A stretch of 64,000 bases of DNA, taken from positions 1 through 64,000 of the forward strand of contig DF237337.1 of assembly GCA_000708835.1 (NCBI GenBank), written 5' to 3'. Position numbers and translations under genes: made by a program. Below are positions 11,501 to 23,489 of this stretch, piece after piece (position 1 is the stretch's first letter; each line of letters opens with the position of its first letter). A model generated the notes under the pieces. The model was not told the origin of the DNA, did no database searches, and saw only the letters and a list, made by a program, of their open reading frames with translations. Source of the DNA: Klebsormidium nitens. Its lineage: Eukaryota > Plantae > Klebsormidiophyceae.

Positions 11501-14500
11501 ACAAGAAGATTTGAATTCTCAGTAGCCTGGATTCAAGCATTGCAGGAACGAGCGCAGCCAGGCGTTGCTCAAAGACCGACGAATGCCCATTGAAGAGCTG
11601 CATACACCGATCAGCAAGTAACGAGCGGAACTTCACAAGAACCGTCTATCTCGCCCCTCCCGATCTCTATTTGAATTCACCCGCCAAACCCCTCCGTTCC
11701 ATCATTCCTACTCTTCTACCCACAGGCAAAAGGGGAACTTTCTGATAACAGTATTCTGCTCTTTACAGTCTTCTCCTGCGCTCATAACACCTGCTCTTCT
11801 CCCAACAGATGGCGCTACCGCGGCCGCGTTTGAGGCCACCATCTCCCCCGCCGTGCTCCACGTCTGGGCCCAGTACGTCACCGACCCGCTTATTTCGGAA
11901 GACGCCCTCGACGTTCTGGAGGCCCTAGCGGAATTTCCGGAGTGCATCCATCCCCTGTTCCTGCGCGTCGTTCCGTCCTTGGCTGGGGTCTTAGCAGCGC
12001 CCGATCAACAACCGCCCGGCCTCGTAGAAGGCGCGCTGGATCTGCTAACACTGCTACTGCAAGTGAGGCGCAATTGTCTCTTATTCTATGTCTCCAGTCA
12101 ACGGTTTGGAGGAGCTTTCCTCACCTTTTAGAGCAATGTCTTTTCCGATCTGCCTTTATCCCTCCTTCAAGCCGTCTCCTCACAATCGCGTCATTTCTGA
12201 TGGTCCGTTTTGATTAAGATGCAGGGAAAGAAAAGAAAATGCTGATCGAGGCCATCAGTGGAATTCCATGGTTGCGTGCAGCGAAAGACCACCCAACTTA
12301 AAACCCCTTTCAACCCCTCGTCTGCAGCGCTCCCCCGCTGACGTCAGCCGGACCGCGTTCGGCCCCTGCTTCGGGGCGACCGCCCGCATCGTGATGACGA
12401 CGGATGACGCGGCGCTGCTGCAGAGCGGGGCGGAATGCCTGGCGGCATTCGTACGGAGCAGCGGAACGGAACTTCTGCAATGGGGACCGGCGAAAGAAGA
12501 AACAATGAAGACGTTGCTAGACGCGACTGGCAGGTAGGGTCAGGCGTTTTATGTTTGGGGTCTCGGTTTTGGCTCTGAGTGGTCCTTTTGGAATATGGAT
12601 TTTGAGTCAAAAGACTGTCCAAAAGTCTGGTTCTAGGGTCCTCGAATTTTGGCGATTTTGACAAGAGACGGATGGCAGGGATCGTGCATCGGAAACGGGA
12701 AAAAGTAGACGATGGGAGCGCTCTTGGTTGGGAGTTCCAGGCAGATGTTGGTTATTATTGTGAGTGTCCTGTGGCAGTCTAGGTGAGATAAGCAGACAAA
12801 GGGACTTCCGATTTAGGAGCGATATAATAAAGACTAACTCTGTGGGCGCTTAGTGGACGGACGGACGATTCCGGCAATTTGAAGCCCAAGGTCTCACCAA
12901 ACCTTGGTTGGAAGAAGGACGACGTTACTGTTGGTGCTGATTGGTCAATCGTACGAGGGATCTAGGTCTGAGACTCCGAACTACCAAAGGTGTACGAAAG
13001 TTGCCCCTGTTCATGCTACTGGTAACCCTGCCGTCAGCCGTGCTGGCTTCTGGACACATAACCAGGTTCTGTACCCGTCAATCTACTAGATTGCTTTACC
13101 AACCACTAATCAGGTCTGATCTCAAGTGGTCCTCATTGTGCCAGGTTGCTAGATCCCCACGCAACTAGTGCGGCGGCCCCCGAACGACTTAACCAGGCTT
13201 AACCAACCCTTAACCTTGGTCTCCTTGTGCCAGGTTGCTAGACCCCCACATGGACAGCAGCGCGTCTCTCTACGTGGGCAATCTCATCACGCAACTAGTG
13301 CGGCGGCTCCCTGGAGATATGGGCCCTCATTCACGCCCTCTGCTGGCGGCCCTCGTCGCGCGCATGCAGTCCTCGCTCATGCCCGCGCTCACCATCTCGC
13401 TCCTCCTCGTTGTCGCGCGCCTTGTGAGAATGCTCACCCGGCCTGTTGACCCGCTATGTATCCTTCCGAAACATATTCCGGGCGACGATCTCGAAGCGCC
13501 GAAACTTCGAAAGCGCGGAGAAAATGAAGTCGCGTTGTTAAAGTCGTAGCTTCTCTCCCGTTAGCTGCCCGCCGTCGACTAAGTCGCTGGAAGCAACCTA
13601 TGTTTTTCGAGCTATCTTTGCTGCCTCTCCCTTGAAGAAGATGTGGGATTATCGCGAAAGCTTCATGAGGTCGAGTTATGCTAAACCCGTCTGCTCGATT
13701 TTTGGGCCAGTTACAGCGCTGAACACAGACAAAGTGCTGCTGCCTTATCCTCACTCCTTACTTTCTTAAAAACGAGAAATTTCTCCTTCCAACATTCAAT
13801 TCCCACCACCTGCGCCTTCCCTTTCGAAAACGCCTCTTCTCATGAGCAGGTTCCACCCTAACCTTAAAACTCTAAAAGTACAACCCCAAAACCCCAAAAC
13901 CCCATTTCGAGGCCTCCTCATGACCTTGATTTCCACCCCCCGAATCTGATGCAGGTCCACATGAGCGCCCCCAACGTGAGCCAGCTGATCGACGCCCTCG
14001 TCTCCCTCCCCGCGCAAGGTTACAGCAACGCGCTCTCTTTCGTCCTCTTCGAATGGACCAAATGGCACGGCGAGATCCAGGGCGCGTACCAAATCAAGGT
14101 TAGCCTAACCGCGCTGGCAACCCTGCTGGCGTCGGGGGATCCCCGGCTGGGCAGCGTGATCGTCCAGGGGGAACAAATTCAGCCGGAGGAAGGGGGGGTG
14201 ATCATGACGCGGTCGCGCGCGAAGCAGGGGGGGCGGCTCGAGCGGTACTCCAACGTCAGCCTGCCTGTCAAGGTGAGCGTGACGTCAGCGGGACGGCCTT
14301 CTGCCTTGGGGTTTGTTCAGTGCTTTGCTGTGTGCTTGAATGGTGGTCTGCGCCTGTTCCCGCTGTCAGGCGGTCTCTGCCGGTTTTCTCATGGAACTCA
14401 GGAAAGATAATAATAAGGTAACCGCACTGGGAACGGGTAGGTTTAGTTTGGTGGTTAGGGTGCGTATGGGTGCGGAGCTGGTATTTGTTTGGGTCAAGCT

Positions 14501-15613
14501 TTTTAGTGTTAGTTGACGCTTAATTTTATAATGGCTTATTGTTATTTCTCTTGAGAATCGTGCTTTTCCCTTTTGGTTAGCGGACTCTCCGACTCTGATG
14601 TTGCGAACCCCATGTTGGCGCTTCCCTATCCCTTTGCATATCAGCCGTCTGACTCAATGGAACTATTGGAACAGGTCGATGGCGGATTCGACGTCGTTGG
14701 TTTCGCGCGAACTTCCTTCCCTAGGATTGACTTCATTGCGAAATCTTAGCTCGTCATGTCCTGGTAATACCAAGGTGCTCTCGAGAAGCTTCGTCGATAT
14801 TTCTTGGAGCCTCTACTTTGAGAGCTTCCACCTTTCGGGGAGAACTTCCTGCGTCGACGTCGGCAGAAGTGTTTTTTCTTGACGATCCCACTTCATCCGC
14901 TGCAGCTCATAGCCATTCTAGCCGACACTCTGACGGAGATGAAGGAGGCTCAAGCGACCGGTGTGGAGGACGTAAGTTCACCTATTCTCCCGTCTACAAG
15001 CAGGGCGTCACTTTGAGCAGTTACAAATTCACTGCCTGTACTGACGATCGGAATGTCCGCTTGAATCGCCGACAATGAAGGATGACTGTTTCATCATTTG
15101 ATCGCTCCTGTCATTCTAGGTAGTCGTAACAAGTGTTTTGGTTTGTCGCCGTTCTGTTGGTGTGAGTTCCCACAAACTGACGAGAATCACTAGGGCAATC
15201 AAAAACCGTTTCCTGTTCCTACACATCCTTCTGAAAAAAAGGAAAAAACAACAGAAACTGCCTTTTGATTTTGCCAGGATGACGAGTGGGAGGAAGCGAG
15301 TGGCGACGAAGACGAAGATGACGAGGCGGGCCCTTCCGGCATCGTCATTTCCGCCGGAACTGGCCGGTCGTCCGTTTTCCAACCCATCGAAGACTTCGCC
15401 AACCTGTTCTCAGAGGACTTCGCCGAGGGAACGTACGTCGAAGATCCTGACGCGAAGAGCGATCCGATCAACAGCGTAAATGTGTCGGAGTACGCGGTCA
15501 AATATCTGAAAGAGTTGGCTAGGAGAGATCAGGTAGGGTTTGCAGCGTGTTGTCAAGGCTTGAACCGGACGCAACAGGAAGCGATACACGCTGCGCTGCA
15601 GACCGGCAGCTAA
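5600..15613 (+). CDS. IPO9: Importin-9 (importin-beta family), 14 exons
   Basis: Exons about 5600-6056, 6772-6974, 7388-7504, 7792-8043, 8508-8652, 9218-9348, 9989-10244, 10858-11039, 11809-12062, 12328-12534, 13234-13423, 13955-14272, 14906-14971, 15278-15613. IBN_N-type N terminus (LQGTLDANPAVRVSAETALKQA...LRQLGAVVVKKYVKEHW), DWPQEWPQL, EQLFEFLLTIV, ADPNQYVADEEE, FVLFEWTKWHGEIQGAYQIKVSLTALA, acidic C terminus EDPDAKSDPINSVN. Confidence 0.95.
8590..8975 (+). repeat. Two degenerate copies of the IPO9 exon 5 donor junction
   Basis: The exon end gcggacgaggaggaggagaccttcagttgcagaaactcgg|gtgaggaaccgcc recurs at about 8765-8825 and 8920-8970. Confidence 0.8.
13095..13310 (+). repeat. Internally deleted copy of the IPO9 exon 11 acceptor junction, just upstream of the real one
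   Basis: tgtgccaggttgctagatccccac-gcaactagtgcggcggc (about 13138-13180) versus the real tgtgccag|gttgctagacccccac...atcacgcaactagtgcggcggc (about 13226-13306). Confidence 0.85.
14424..14494. repeat. G-rich dispersed repeat fragment related to the MITE-like element at 45359-45541
   Basis: Shares the blocks acgggt, tggtggttagggtg and gggtgcggagc in the same order and spacing. Confidence 0.7.
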
Positions 15614-16950
15614 AATGGTATGTGCTGCCAGTCTGCTGATCACGATCCTATATACTCATGGGTGCACCTCGAGTACAAGCTGAATAGTCAACTTCGACCC
15701 TTGTTTTGTCCGCGCTATCAAGTATCTCAAGAAGGAATCACCTGTCCGATTGACAAGGAAACGGAGAGTCGGCAGGTAGCTTACGGAGATAGTGATCATG
15801 GTAGGCGCTTGGGTGCTTGGCTTGCACTTTTTATCCAATCTCTTGCGTCATGCACTGCGAGCAGCTCAGACATTGGATTTGAAGGATCGATGCGACGAAA
15901 CAGTCACTTACATGCTCATTCGCATGTCCAAATATTATAAGCTGTGCATACCAAGTTGCCAGAGATTTGTGCACATGCTTACTAACAGATGTGCAGGTGG
16001 TGCATCGCCTAGCATAAGTAGAGACTCGTATGTCGGAGAACATGCACAACGCCTCTAGCAACAGCGGCAACCTTTGCACGTGGCTCAACATGCAACTTAG
16101 AGCCTAGCTAGAGCAGACTCAGTTTTCCATGCAGCCTTTGACAGTGGCGCCGCATGTATTGTACGGCATACTAGCTTGGGCCATTAGCACGAACATGTGC
16201 GTATACGTTGCCACGAGAGCTTAAGCCGCCGCTCATGCTACTTATAATGTACATGCATATACGGTGACCGGACGCACCAACACGGCGGCTGCAACCTTCA
16301 ACTTAAGTTAGGCTGGCCCCATGTACGCCTTAAATCTACAATCCGACGCAATCATTCGTGTATATTTCAATCAACGCGAATTATCGAGTACATCATGACA
16401 CAAGCTAAATACCCTACACGAACTTCGGAAGTGACCTGGCGTCCTGCCATTGATACTCCCAAGTCAACTCGATCTGATTCATCGTTAGCAAACGACGAGT
16501 GTCGGCCTCATGATTGTGTTCCTTGATCCACGCCAGATAAAGAAGCTATAGCAGATACCAGAAGTGGACATGTTACGTATATGAATGCGCATCAACAATG
16601 ATAACATGTATGGCGTATAATATGGATCGCTTGCAATTATTGCCCGGCCGGCCACTCAGCATTAGCAATCATCAAAGCGGACGGTCTGATCCCGGCGCAC
16701 AATGATATGGAAATGTTTGTCTCGTGTACGGGATCCTCTACCCGCTGCAAGATCAAACATGACAAGAAGCAGGGCCATCTAAAGCTAAGTAGATCTCCGA
16801 AGCTCAGTCGCTGCATGATCTGAACGATGCAGCTGATTTTCTATACCTTCGAATAAGCTTCAAATCATTAAGAGATTGGGAAAGGACTCGATACCTTTTT
16901 GGTGCATTCTACAAGCAATCCTTTGTGAACTTGAGGCTGGCAGCCTATGC

Positions 16951-18507
16951 CTACGACGGCTTCGAATAACTTAACCCCGGAAGTAATACCACATTCCTAA
17001 CCTTCAAACTAGCTCCGCAAAGGAGGGCCTTGATTCCTTGAGCCACCTCCTTCTCTATGTTCATGAAGCGCAGGGTGAGCTCTTTAAACTTAGGCAAGCG
17101 CCCGACCACGCTTGCAAGGAACAAAAGGTCGTCTTGTACGAAGGCCTCAGGCCGATATAGATCCAAACTGCGCAACTTTTGTAGGAGAGCCAGCTTTGGA
17201 ATGTCGTGGAAGTCAAAGGAGCACCGGAGCACCTCCATGCCCCCCATCTGCTCTAATAGTTCTGGCCAGGCGACGTGCGGCATGAGTGGGAGATTGGGAA
17301 GCTCTAAAACACGGAGAGAGGGGCATTGACTGAGCAGTTCTAGCACTCCTTTGGCGGGAATGCTGATTGGGGTGGCGATTGGAAAAGGTTGAGGATACAC
17401 ATCGAAAGATTCAAGAGTACGCGCTATCAGTGGCACACCTAACGTTAGCTGCTGGAGGGAAGTGCAGTGTTGCGCAAGACGGGAGAGGATGACATCTAGG
17501 TGTGGCACTGATATAGATCTGATGTCCAGTTTTGTCAGTTGGGGAAGACCCCTAAACAGGACTAAGAAAGCAGTCTCCGAAAGGCTTTGGTGATCTGGGA
17601 ACCTCAGTGCTTCGATGCTGGGAAAGACGGCGGGGAGTAGGGAGAGGAATTCGGATCGAAGTGAGGGCTGGCGTGGAGGAAGGTCAAAGCTGAGCTCTGT
17701 CATGCTGACCATTGGAGCAATCTTTCGCAAGGCCTTCATGAACTTGGTGTGCTCTATCCGACACGGTCCTGAGAAGGTGAGCTTCTCTAGACCTGTGAAC
17801 TGCCCTAGAGAGCTGACGATTGTCTCAAGAAACGAATGTTCTGGGAGCCCCATGTCAGACAGGTGGAGACTTTTCAGACTACTGAATGATGCGGAGAGGA
17901 TTCTGGTGAGCTCCAACGCAGACTGTGAGCCCCCCGACCGCTGAGGTGGATCACCCGGAAATATTGTTATGCTAGACCAGGCCCTCAAAGTGAGGGGATG
18001 CAGCCTTACCCAGGAGTGCCAGCTATCCGCAAACACCTCAAGTTCATCCACGTAAGGATTCATCTCTAAGGCTCTCTGGAGCAGCTTCATGGATTCAAGG
18101 ATTGGCAAGCGAAACCTTGAATCCCCCTGAAGCACCAGCTTTTTGCTGGCTGCGCGTGCAGCGTCACGCCAATCCTTAGAAACAGCCTTACAAGAGGCCA
18201 TGGTGACGATATCTCCTCCTGCCGCCATTTGAACTATCATCTCCGCCAGCAGGGAGGGAAGCTTGGCAAATGCTTCTATGCTGCAGTCTTTAGCTGCCTG
18301 GGCGTCAGAAGATGCACTGCTTTCCATGCCTGTTTTTCCGCTTGGGCTTCGTAAGCTCCAAGCAGGAAAGAAGCAGCTTCTTCTGTGGTTCCTTTTCCTT
18401 TCTGTTGCAAAGGCTCTCGCTGGTAATCTGCAAACAGCGTGGCTGCTATGATCACCCTTGATACTCAACTGGGGTGAACAGTCCACACGCTCTTTTATTC
18501 TTTGCAT
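16951..18507 (-). CDS. Intronless F-box-like / RNI-like leucine-rich-repeat protein (518-aa ORF; a likely start is the ATG at 18327, MESSASS)
   Basis: Single long ORF. F-box-like segment AFAKLPSLLAEMIVQMAAGGDIVTMASCKAVSKDWRDAA, followed by LRR-like units (LKSLHLSDMGL, LEKLTFSG, LTKLDIRS, LQQLTLG, LRVLELPN, LRSLDLYR). Confidence 0.75.
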   Translation of the reverse strand: MQRIKERVDCSPQLSIKGDHSSHAVCRLPARAFATERKRNHRRSCFFPAWSLRSPSGKTGMESSASSDAQAAKDCSIEAFAKLPSLLAEMIVQMAAGGDIVTMASCKAVSKDWRDAARAASKKLVLQGDSRFRLPILESMKLLQRALEMNPYVDELEVFADSWHSWVRLHPLTLRAWSSITIFPGDPPQRSGGSQSALELTRILSASFSSLKSLHLSDMGLPEHSFLETIVSSLGQFTGLEKLTFSGPCRIEHTKFMKALRKIAPMVSMTELSFDLPPRQPSLRSEFLSLLPAVFPSIEALRFPDHQSLSETAFLVLFRGLPQLTKLDIRSISVPHLDVILSRLAQHCTSLQQLTLGVPLIARTLESFDVYPQPFPIATPISIPAKGVLELLSQCPSLRVLELPNLPLMPHVAWPELLEQMGGMEVLRCSFDFHDIPKLALLQKLRSLDLYRPEAFVQDDLLFLASVVGRLPKFKELTLRFMNIEKEVAQGIKALLCGASLKVRNVVLLPGLSYSKPS

Positions 18508-19696
18508 CAGCAGGATGACAATCTTCGAGTCTTGGAAAGAAACTGTTCAGCTAGACTAGTTTTGAAGGCGCCCCTGGACTAAGAAAACCGCTATTAGACT
18601 ACGGTCCTTCAATGGTCTCGGTTGCTGTCGCGAAGCGCACTCCCTCGACCTTTCTTCCGACCGGTAGTACCCTACACCGGGCACTCGAGTCCAGTTCTTT
18701 ACCTGACAAAATCAGCCCTGGCGGGCCTAAGGCTACCGGTACATCCTCCTGGGCGAAATATTCAGTGGCGCCCGGCCGCCGCGCGTCGTGTTTTCTATAG
18801 TATACCCGCGCAGCCGCAGGCGCTGCCGCCGCCAGCACATGATGCTCAGTGCTGATATTGATATTGATATTGAAATTCTCGTCTAATTAAGAGCCAGCAT
18901 GCGCTCTGGTGCGAGCGCAGATCGAAGCAATGCAAATGTAAAACCCTGGCATAAGCCTTTGCCAGGTCGCCTTAACTGTGCTTTCTGGTTCTAGCTTTGG
19001 TACGCTCAAATTCTAATTTGAATGAGATATTGCCAGTACGATACTTTCCTTGCAATGCGCCATTGATTGCACCAGATTATGAAGGGCTCGATACCTGAAA
19101 ATAGTCCTTCTGTCGAGGTGACCCCCTTTCTAGCTTTAGGAACAACTGAGCGTGCACATGCATGTGACCAACCAGATATTGCCAGTTTCATAGTCGAAAA
19201 CAGTTTCACCACATGGTCAAACAACGATTTCAACACATCATCGGGCCGCAAGGCTCAAGTAGCCAAGACGAGCTGCGCCAACCGTAAATTAGTCTCCCAG
19301 AAAGTTATCTGGCATCTATATAGTACATGCAGGCCGGCCGGCCATCGAAGGAGCTAGACACTGACATGCGAACGTGGCCTTACAATTCCTCGTGGTGAAG
19401 CTTGTGTAGAAAGTGCCAGCCGGGCGTAATCGCGCATAATAGAATCTGAATTGACATGCCCTTGGTGATATTGGAATGCCCCAAGCTCAATTGGGGCAGA
19501 ACGTGCCACAAGTGCGATGATGCTGGTTCAAATGTACTTTTTGAGCGAGCTTAGGCAACCTTGGGCGTCTCAACACGGCATACCCTTTCTTGAGACGGTC
19601 TCAATGCGTTAAAGCGATACCGGAAAAATCAACCTGTTTGACTACTAGCGTTCATCTTTTTTTGAACCAACCCTGAGCCATCAGGGTACTTGGCTG

Positions 19697-22600
19697 TTAT
19701 TGTAGCAAGTCCTGTCCCGGTTGTTCCGATTCTGACGCATCTTTCGGTGATCCTATCCAGAAATACCAGGGAGCGCGGAGGATCGGCACGTATGGTATAC
19801 CGCCTTGACTATTCACCTCGACAACTGCGCATCAAGTAAGGAGTAATCAGAATCTTTCACGCTGGCTAAGATACTGTCAACATTCACTCGTCAGCAACAT
19901 GAGATGTTCTCAGCGTGGATGCAGGACTCTTCCAATCGCTGATTGATTCGGTAAACAAAGATCAGAAACCTTTCGGCCCCCAACTTAATGGAAGTTTTGA
20001 CGCCCTGCACCACCCCTGTATAACTTCAATGAAGAACTCAATGCGTTATTTACCTCCGAACATCAGAATCGAAGTCAGCGGCGCACAGCGCCCCGATCAG
20101 CACACTGCTTTCCTCAAGTATCCCTTTCGTGGCGCTCTTGCTCGAGACAAGGCACCGCCGACACACATAGACTTAATTCCACCGTCGGAGCTGAAGTCCG
20201 GTCTGCTCTGACTCGCACCCCCCCAACTCCACCGTTTGAGCATCATCAGAACAGATGGAGAAGGGACGGCTGGCGTCACTATCCGTCCAGCATCAAAAAG
20301 CAGCTGAAGAGGTACGGCTGACGTCACCTGTGTCCCGATTGTGGTCAAGCTATGCACGCCAGGTTGACGCTGCCCGGGTCCGAAATCAAACAACATCAAA
20401 ACAGGCGGGGAAAAGGCACAACTGACGTCACCTCTTTCCACTTCGTGGTCCAAAGATCGACAAAAACAGGCGGGGAAAGAGGTGCGGCTGACGTCACCTG
20501 TCTCCAGTTTGTGGTCCAGGTACGCGCGCCGCTCCGGCCCCAGGTTGATGTTGTCCAGGTCAAAGATGGCCTGCCAGAACCAGCGCCGGTAGTAGGGATG
20601 CTGCCGCTGCGGGCGGTCGTACTTTCCGGAGACATAAAAGTCGGCGATGCCGAGGAGACCCCCCGGGGCGAGCATGGAGAGGGCGTTGTCAACGGCAGCC
20701 ATGTAGGGGGGGATCACTGGCGAGAGAAACGGGGGGGGGGATTTAAGGTGGTCAGCAGATGAAGGGGGAGGGGGGAGTTGAAAGAATGAAGACGTGTTGA
20801 CGAAAAGTCATTTGCGGAAAAACACAAGGACGAATACAGATGGGAGGAGACTGGATCGAGGATGCTGCAAATATGAAAGGGAATAACAGATGCCCGACAA
20901 AGAGGGTCACAGCTGTCGGGAGAGAGTGAGAAGACTTGTACCCCTTGTCAACATTATCGTGATGAAACCTGAATGTAAATCCGATCGACGCTCTAACGCG
21001 TTATTCAGTGAAGCGGAAAGAAGAAATAGACGTGTACAACCAGCGAAGGGGGTAGATCGTTGGAAAATGTCTGATCGGATGAATTTCGGGGGTTGATCCT
21101 CCGACAAGAACAGGAGATGAAGAGCTGTATTGTCGTTTCGAAGATAAACCCCACGCCCAGCACGCAGTGTGAACGTTTTCATATAAAAGGGTCCCTGCCG
21201 ATTGGTGACTTTCCTTAACGGCTATCTGACGACCATTGAAACCAACAAAATGAGTTTCCTAACATCAACTAGACCCCCTCTCTTTATTCACTCGCTCTAC
21301 AACCATCTTATGGTCAGCCCTACGACCCATGGAAGAAAGAACATACGTTTCAATGTCTTTGTCGGGTAAGCAACAGCAGACAAACAGCGAAGAGTAATAG
21401 CAGACAAACCAGCTTGAATGTAAGGTTCGCTTAGCAGTAGTCAACTCACTTGACAGAGAGTAGGAGAAGGTCACGACAGTCGCCTTGTTGTCTGGTTGGA
21501 ATGTGCATGCGTCGCCCTCCACCACCTCTACGTTGTTCCAGCCCCGCTCTTTGGCCTTTGCCTTCGCAACGTCGCAGAGGGGAGAACACAGATCCACCAC
21601 GTAGATCTGCGTTTTAAAGTTTAGGTTTAATCCTCCTTGTTGTTTCTTAGAGAGCGGCCGTTTTGTTTATTTTCAGCAGGAATGTTGGGTAATCTTGCGG
21701 AGGGCCTAGGACAGGGCATGCAAAGGTTCATGACGGCTGATTATCTAATATCGGAAAAGAGTGGACATACTTACAAAGCTCTAAAACCACAGCGGGGGCC
21801 CCTCTCAGAGACGAGGTAAAGGGGAAAAAAACAGATGGAAAAGAGAGCTATTGAAGGCTTTCGACTGTGCGATTCACCCAACGGCCTTCAGTCAAAGTTT
21901 CAAAACGAAGCCGTACACATTTGAGTTATCATCAGATCATCACAAGTAAGTACACCGAGCTGGCCGTTCATTCCTTGTTAATCCATGGATGCTATAGTAA
22001 GCAGAACCTTGTGTGATGCAATTTTGCTGTCATCTACCGCACAGTTTTCACCTGAGCGCTTCCTTATGAGTGACACACGGCCCGAATGAAAATGGAGGAT
22101 TCTACCTTAGTCATGTCCCTAACTAAGTGGGACCGAAAAGCTGCATCTGTCTTGCATATCAGAGACCAACAGTTCCAGACTTGAGTCGCAGAGGATTGCA
22201 ATGCAGCTTTGAGCTCGACAATATCTAAAACTTGGGAGTTTGTTTGTGACTGGAGGACCTGAAAAAGACAAGCTTTGACACTATTTGCAGTTGAAAGAGT
22301 TCACTTCAGCCCTGCGCATGTCCATTGTTAGATATGTAACTTGTCCTTATTGTGAAAGGCTCACCTTCTCGAATCTGCTCAGGTCAATATAGTCTGCCAT
22401 CATCGCAACATTCTCCCCCGTACCGCCGCCTGCAAATGATGTAAAAAGAGGGCTTCAGCAATTGCCTTAAAGAAGCAGACTAGAAATCAAAGACAGAAGT
22501 GATCCTCCTATAGTTTTTCGAGGAATCTCAAACCTTCAATACCAAGAGCGTCAGGCAGGAGTACTCCACTCCTGAAAGGCACATGCCGTGCATCAACACC

Positions 22601-23489
22601 CATTCACACAGTGGTGCAGCTCAATCCAGAGTGCCTTCCTCATCCTGCAGCAATCGGAGACATCCTGCATAGCAACAACAACGTGGGCTGCCAGCCAAGT
22701 TCACCGGACCGACTCATTTGGTGCTCACAGATTGACCCCATGGATGAACAATGAAGTTTTTGCTCACCCAGATCTACCCAGGACACAGGCCCATCAAAAG
22801 CGGAGAGCTGCTTGGCAAGTTCTTTCAGCATAGGCCGCCGACCGTGCAGGAAGTTGGCTCGGAAGCGATCATCTGGAAGACGGGCACGAACCATGAGAAG
22901 AGTCGGTTCTTAACGAAGTCACAACTCTTCAACTTGATCATGTGAGCGCTCAACGCCCAGAATCCGAGCAGAGACTGGCAAAGATATGCCACAGAATCAA
23001 TCAGACTCCGAGTGTCAGGATTTCTAGGCGTCAGCAGAAGAATGCGACTATAGCAGAAGGCCTGTGCCAGCAGTGCCTTCCAGAGGAGAAGTGGTGGTGC
23101 TCAAAAGTTTCTCAGGAAACTTACAAGCGTGTGCTTGGCGGCCGTAGAAAGCGTCCAGCCTCTCCTGAAATCATAACCACCATACAGTGTCATTGATAGC
23201 TTTGGCTTCACAAATAGGTCCACGTAACGTGAAACGGAAGCATCGCAAAACACTGGCTGAAACAACAAAATAAACAGAATTGAGTCATACACCAAGAGGG
23301 TCTAGAAGTTGCACACCATAATTGCAGATTTGAACACTCTCAAACTCCAGCTGATCTGCAGATGGCAGCTCGTAAATACACAAACAGGCAAGTTTCAATA
23401 TATACTTTGTGTGTGTCGCCCTGCGCCTTCGCAAACCACATCGCCACCAGACACTCCATGTCTGTGTAAATACCCTTCACAAACTCCAT
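19697..23489 (-). CDS. btaB: Stand-alone BtaB-type SAM-dependent N-methyltransferase (N-terminal half of betaine lipid synthase BTA1), 7 exons, about 265 aa
   Basis: Exons about 23489-23406, 23164-23125, 22872-22768, 22429-22365, 21606-21450, 20716-20498 and 19824-19697 total 798 nt in frame. Motifs ERLDAFYGRQAHAYDRFRANFLHGRRPML, SAM motif WVDLGGGTGENV, IYVVDLCSPLC, VEGDACTF, TFSYSLSMIPP, GIADFYVS and NSQGGIPYVPILRAPWYFWIG match the BtaB domain of algal BTA1. Stop follows 17 codons later. Confidence 0.88.
20250..20520 (-). repeat. Three degenerate copies of the btaB exon 6 donor junction
   Basis: CTGGACCACAAACTGGAGACAG|GTGACGTCAGCCGCACCTCTTTCCCCGCCTGTTTT recurs at about 20458-20396, 20350-20300 and 20290-20250. 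Confidence 0.85.

Noticed and set aside
13855-13905. Telomere-like aaccct/aacccc runs (also about 31935-31955)
   Set aside because: They are short, irregular, and inside introns. They are better explained as low-complexity intron sequence.
18599-18838. 79-aa minus-strand ORF upstream of the F-box gene
   Set aside because: It has a non-ATG start and no homology I recognise. It overlaps the probable promoter, with a TATA-like tatactatagaaaa on the minus strand.
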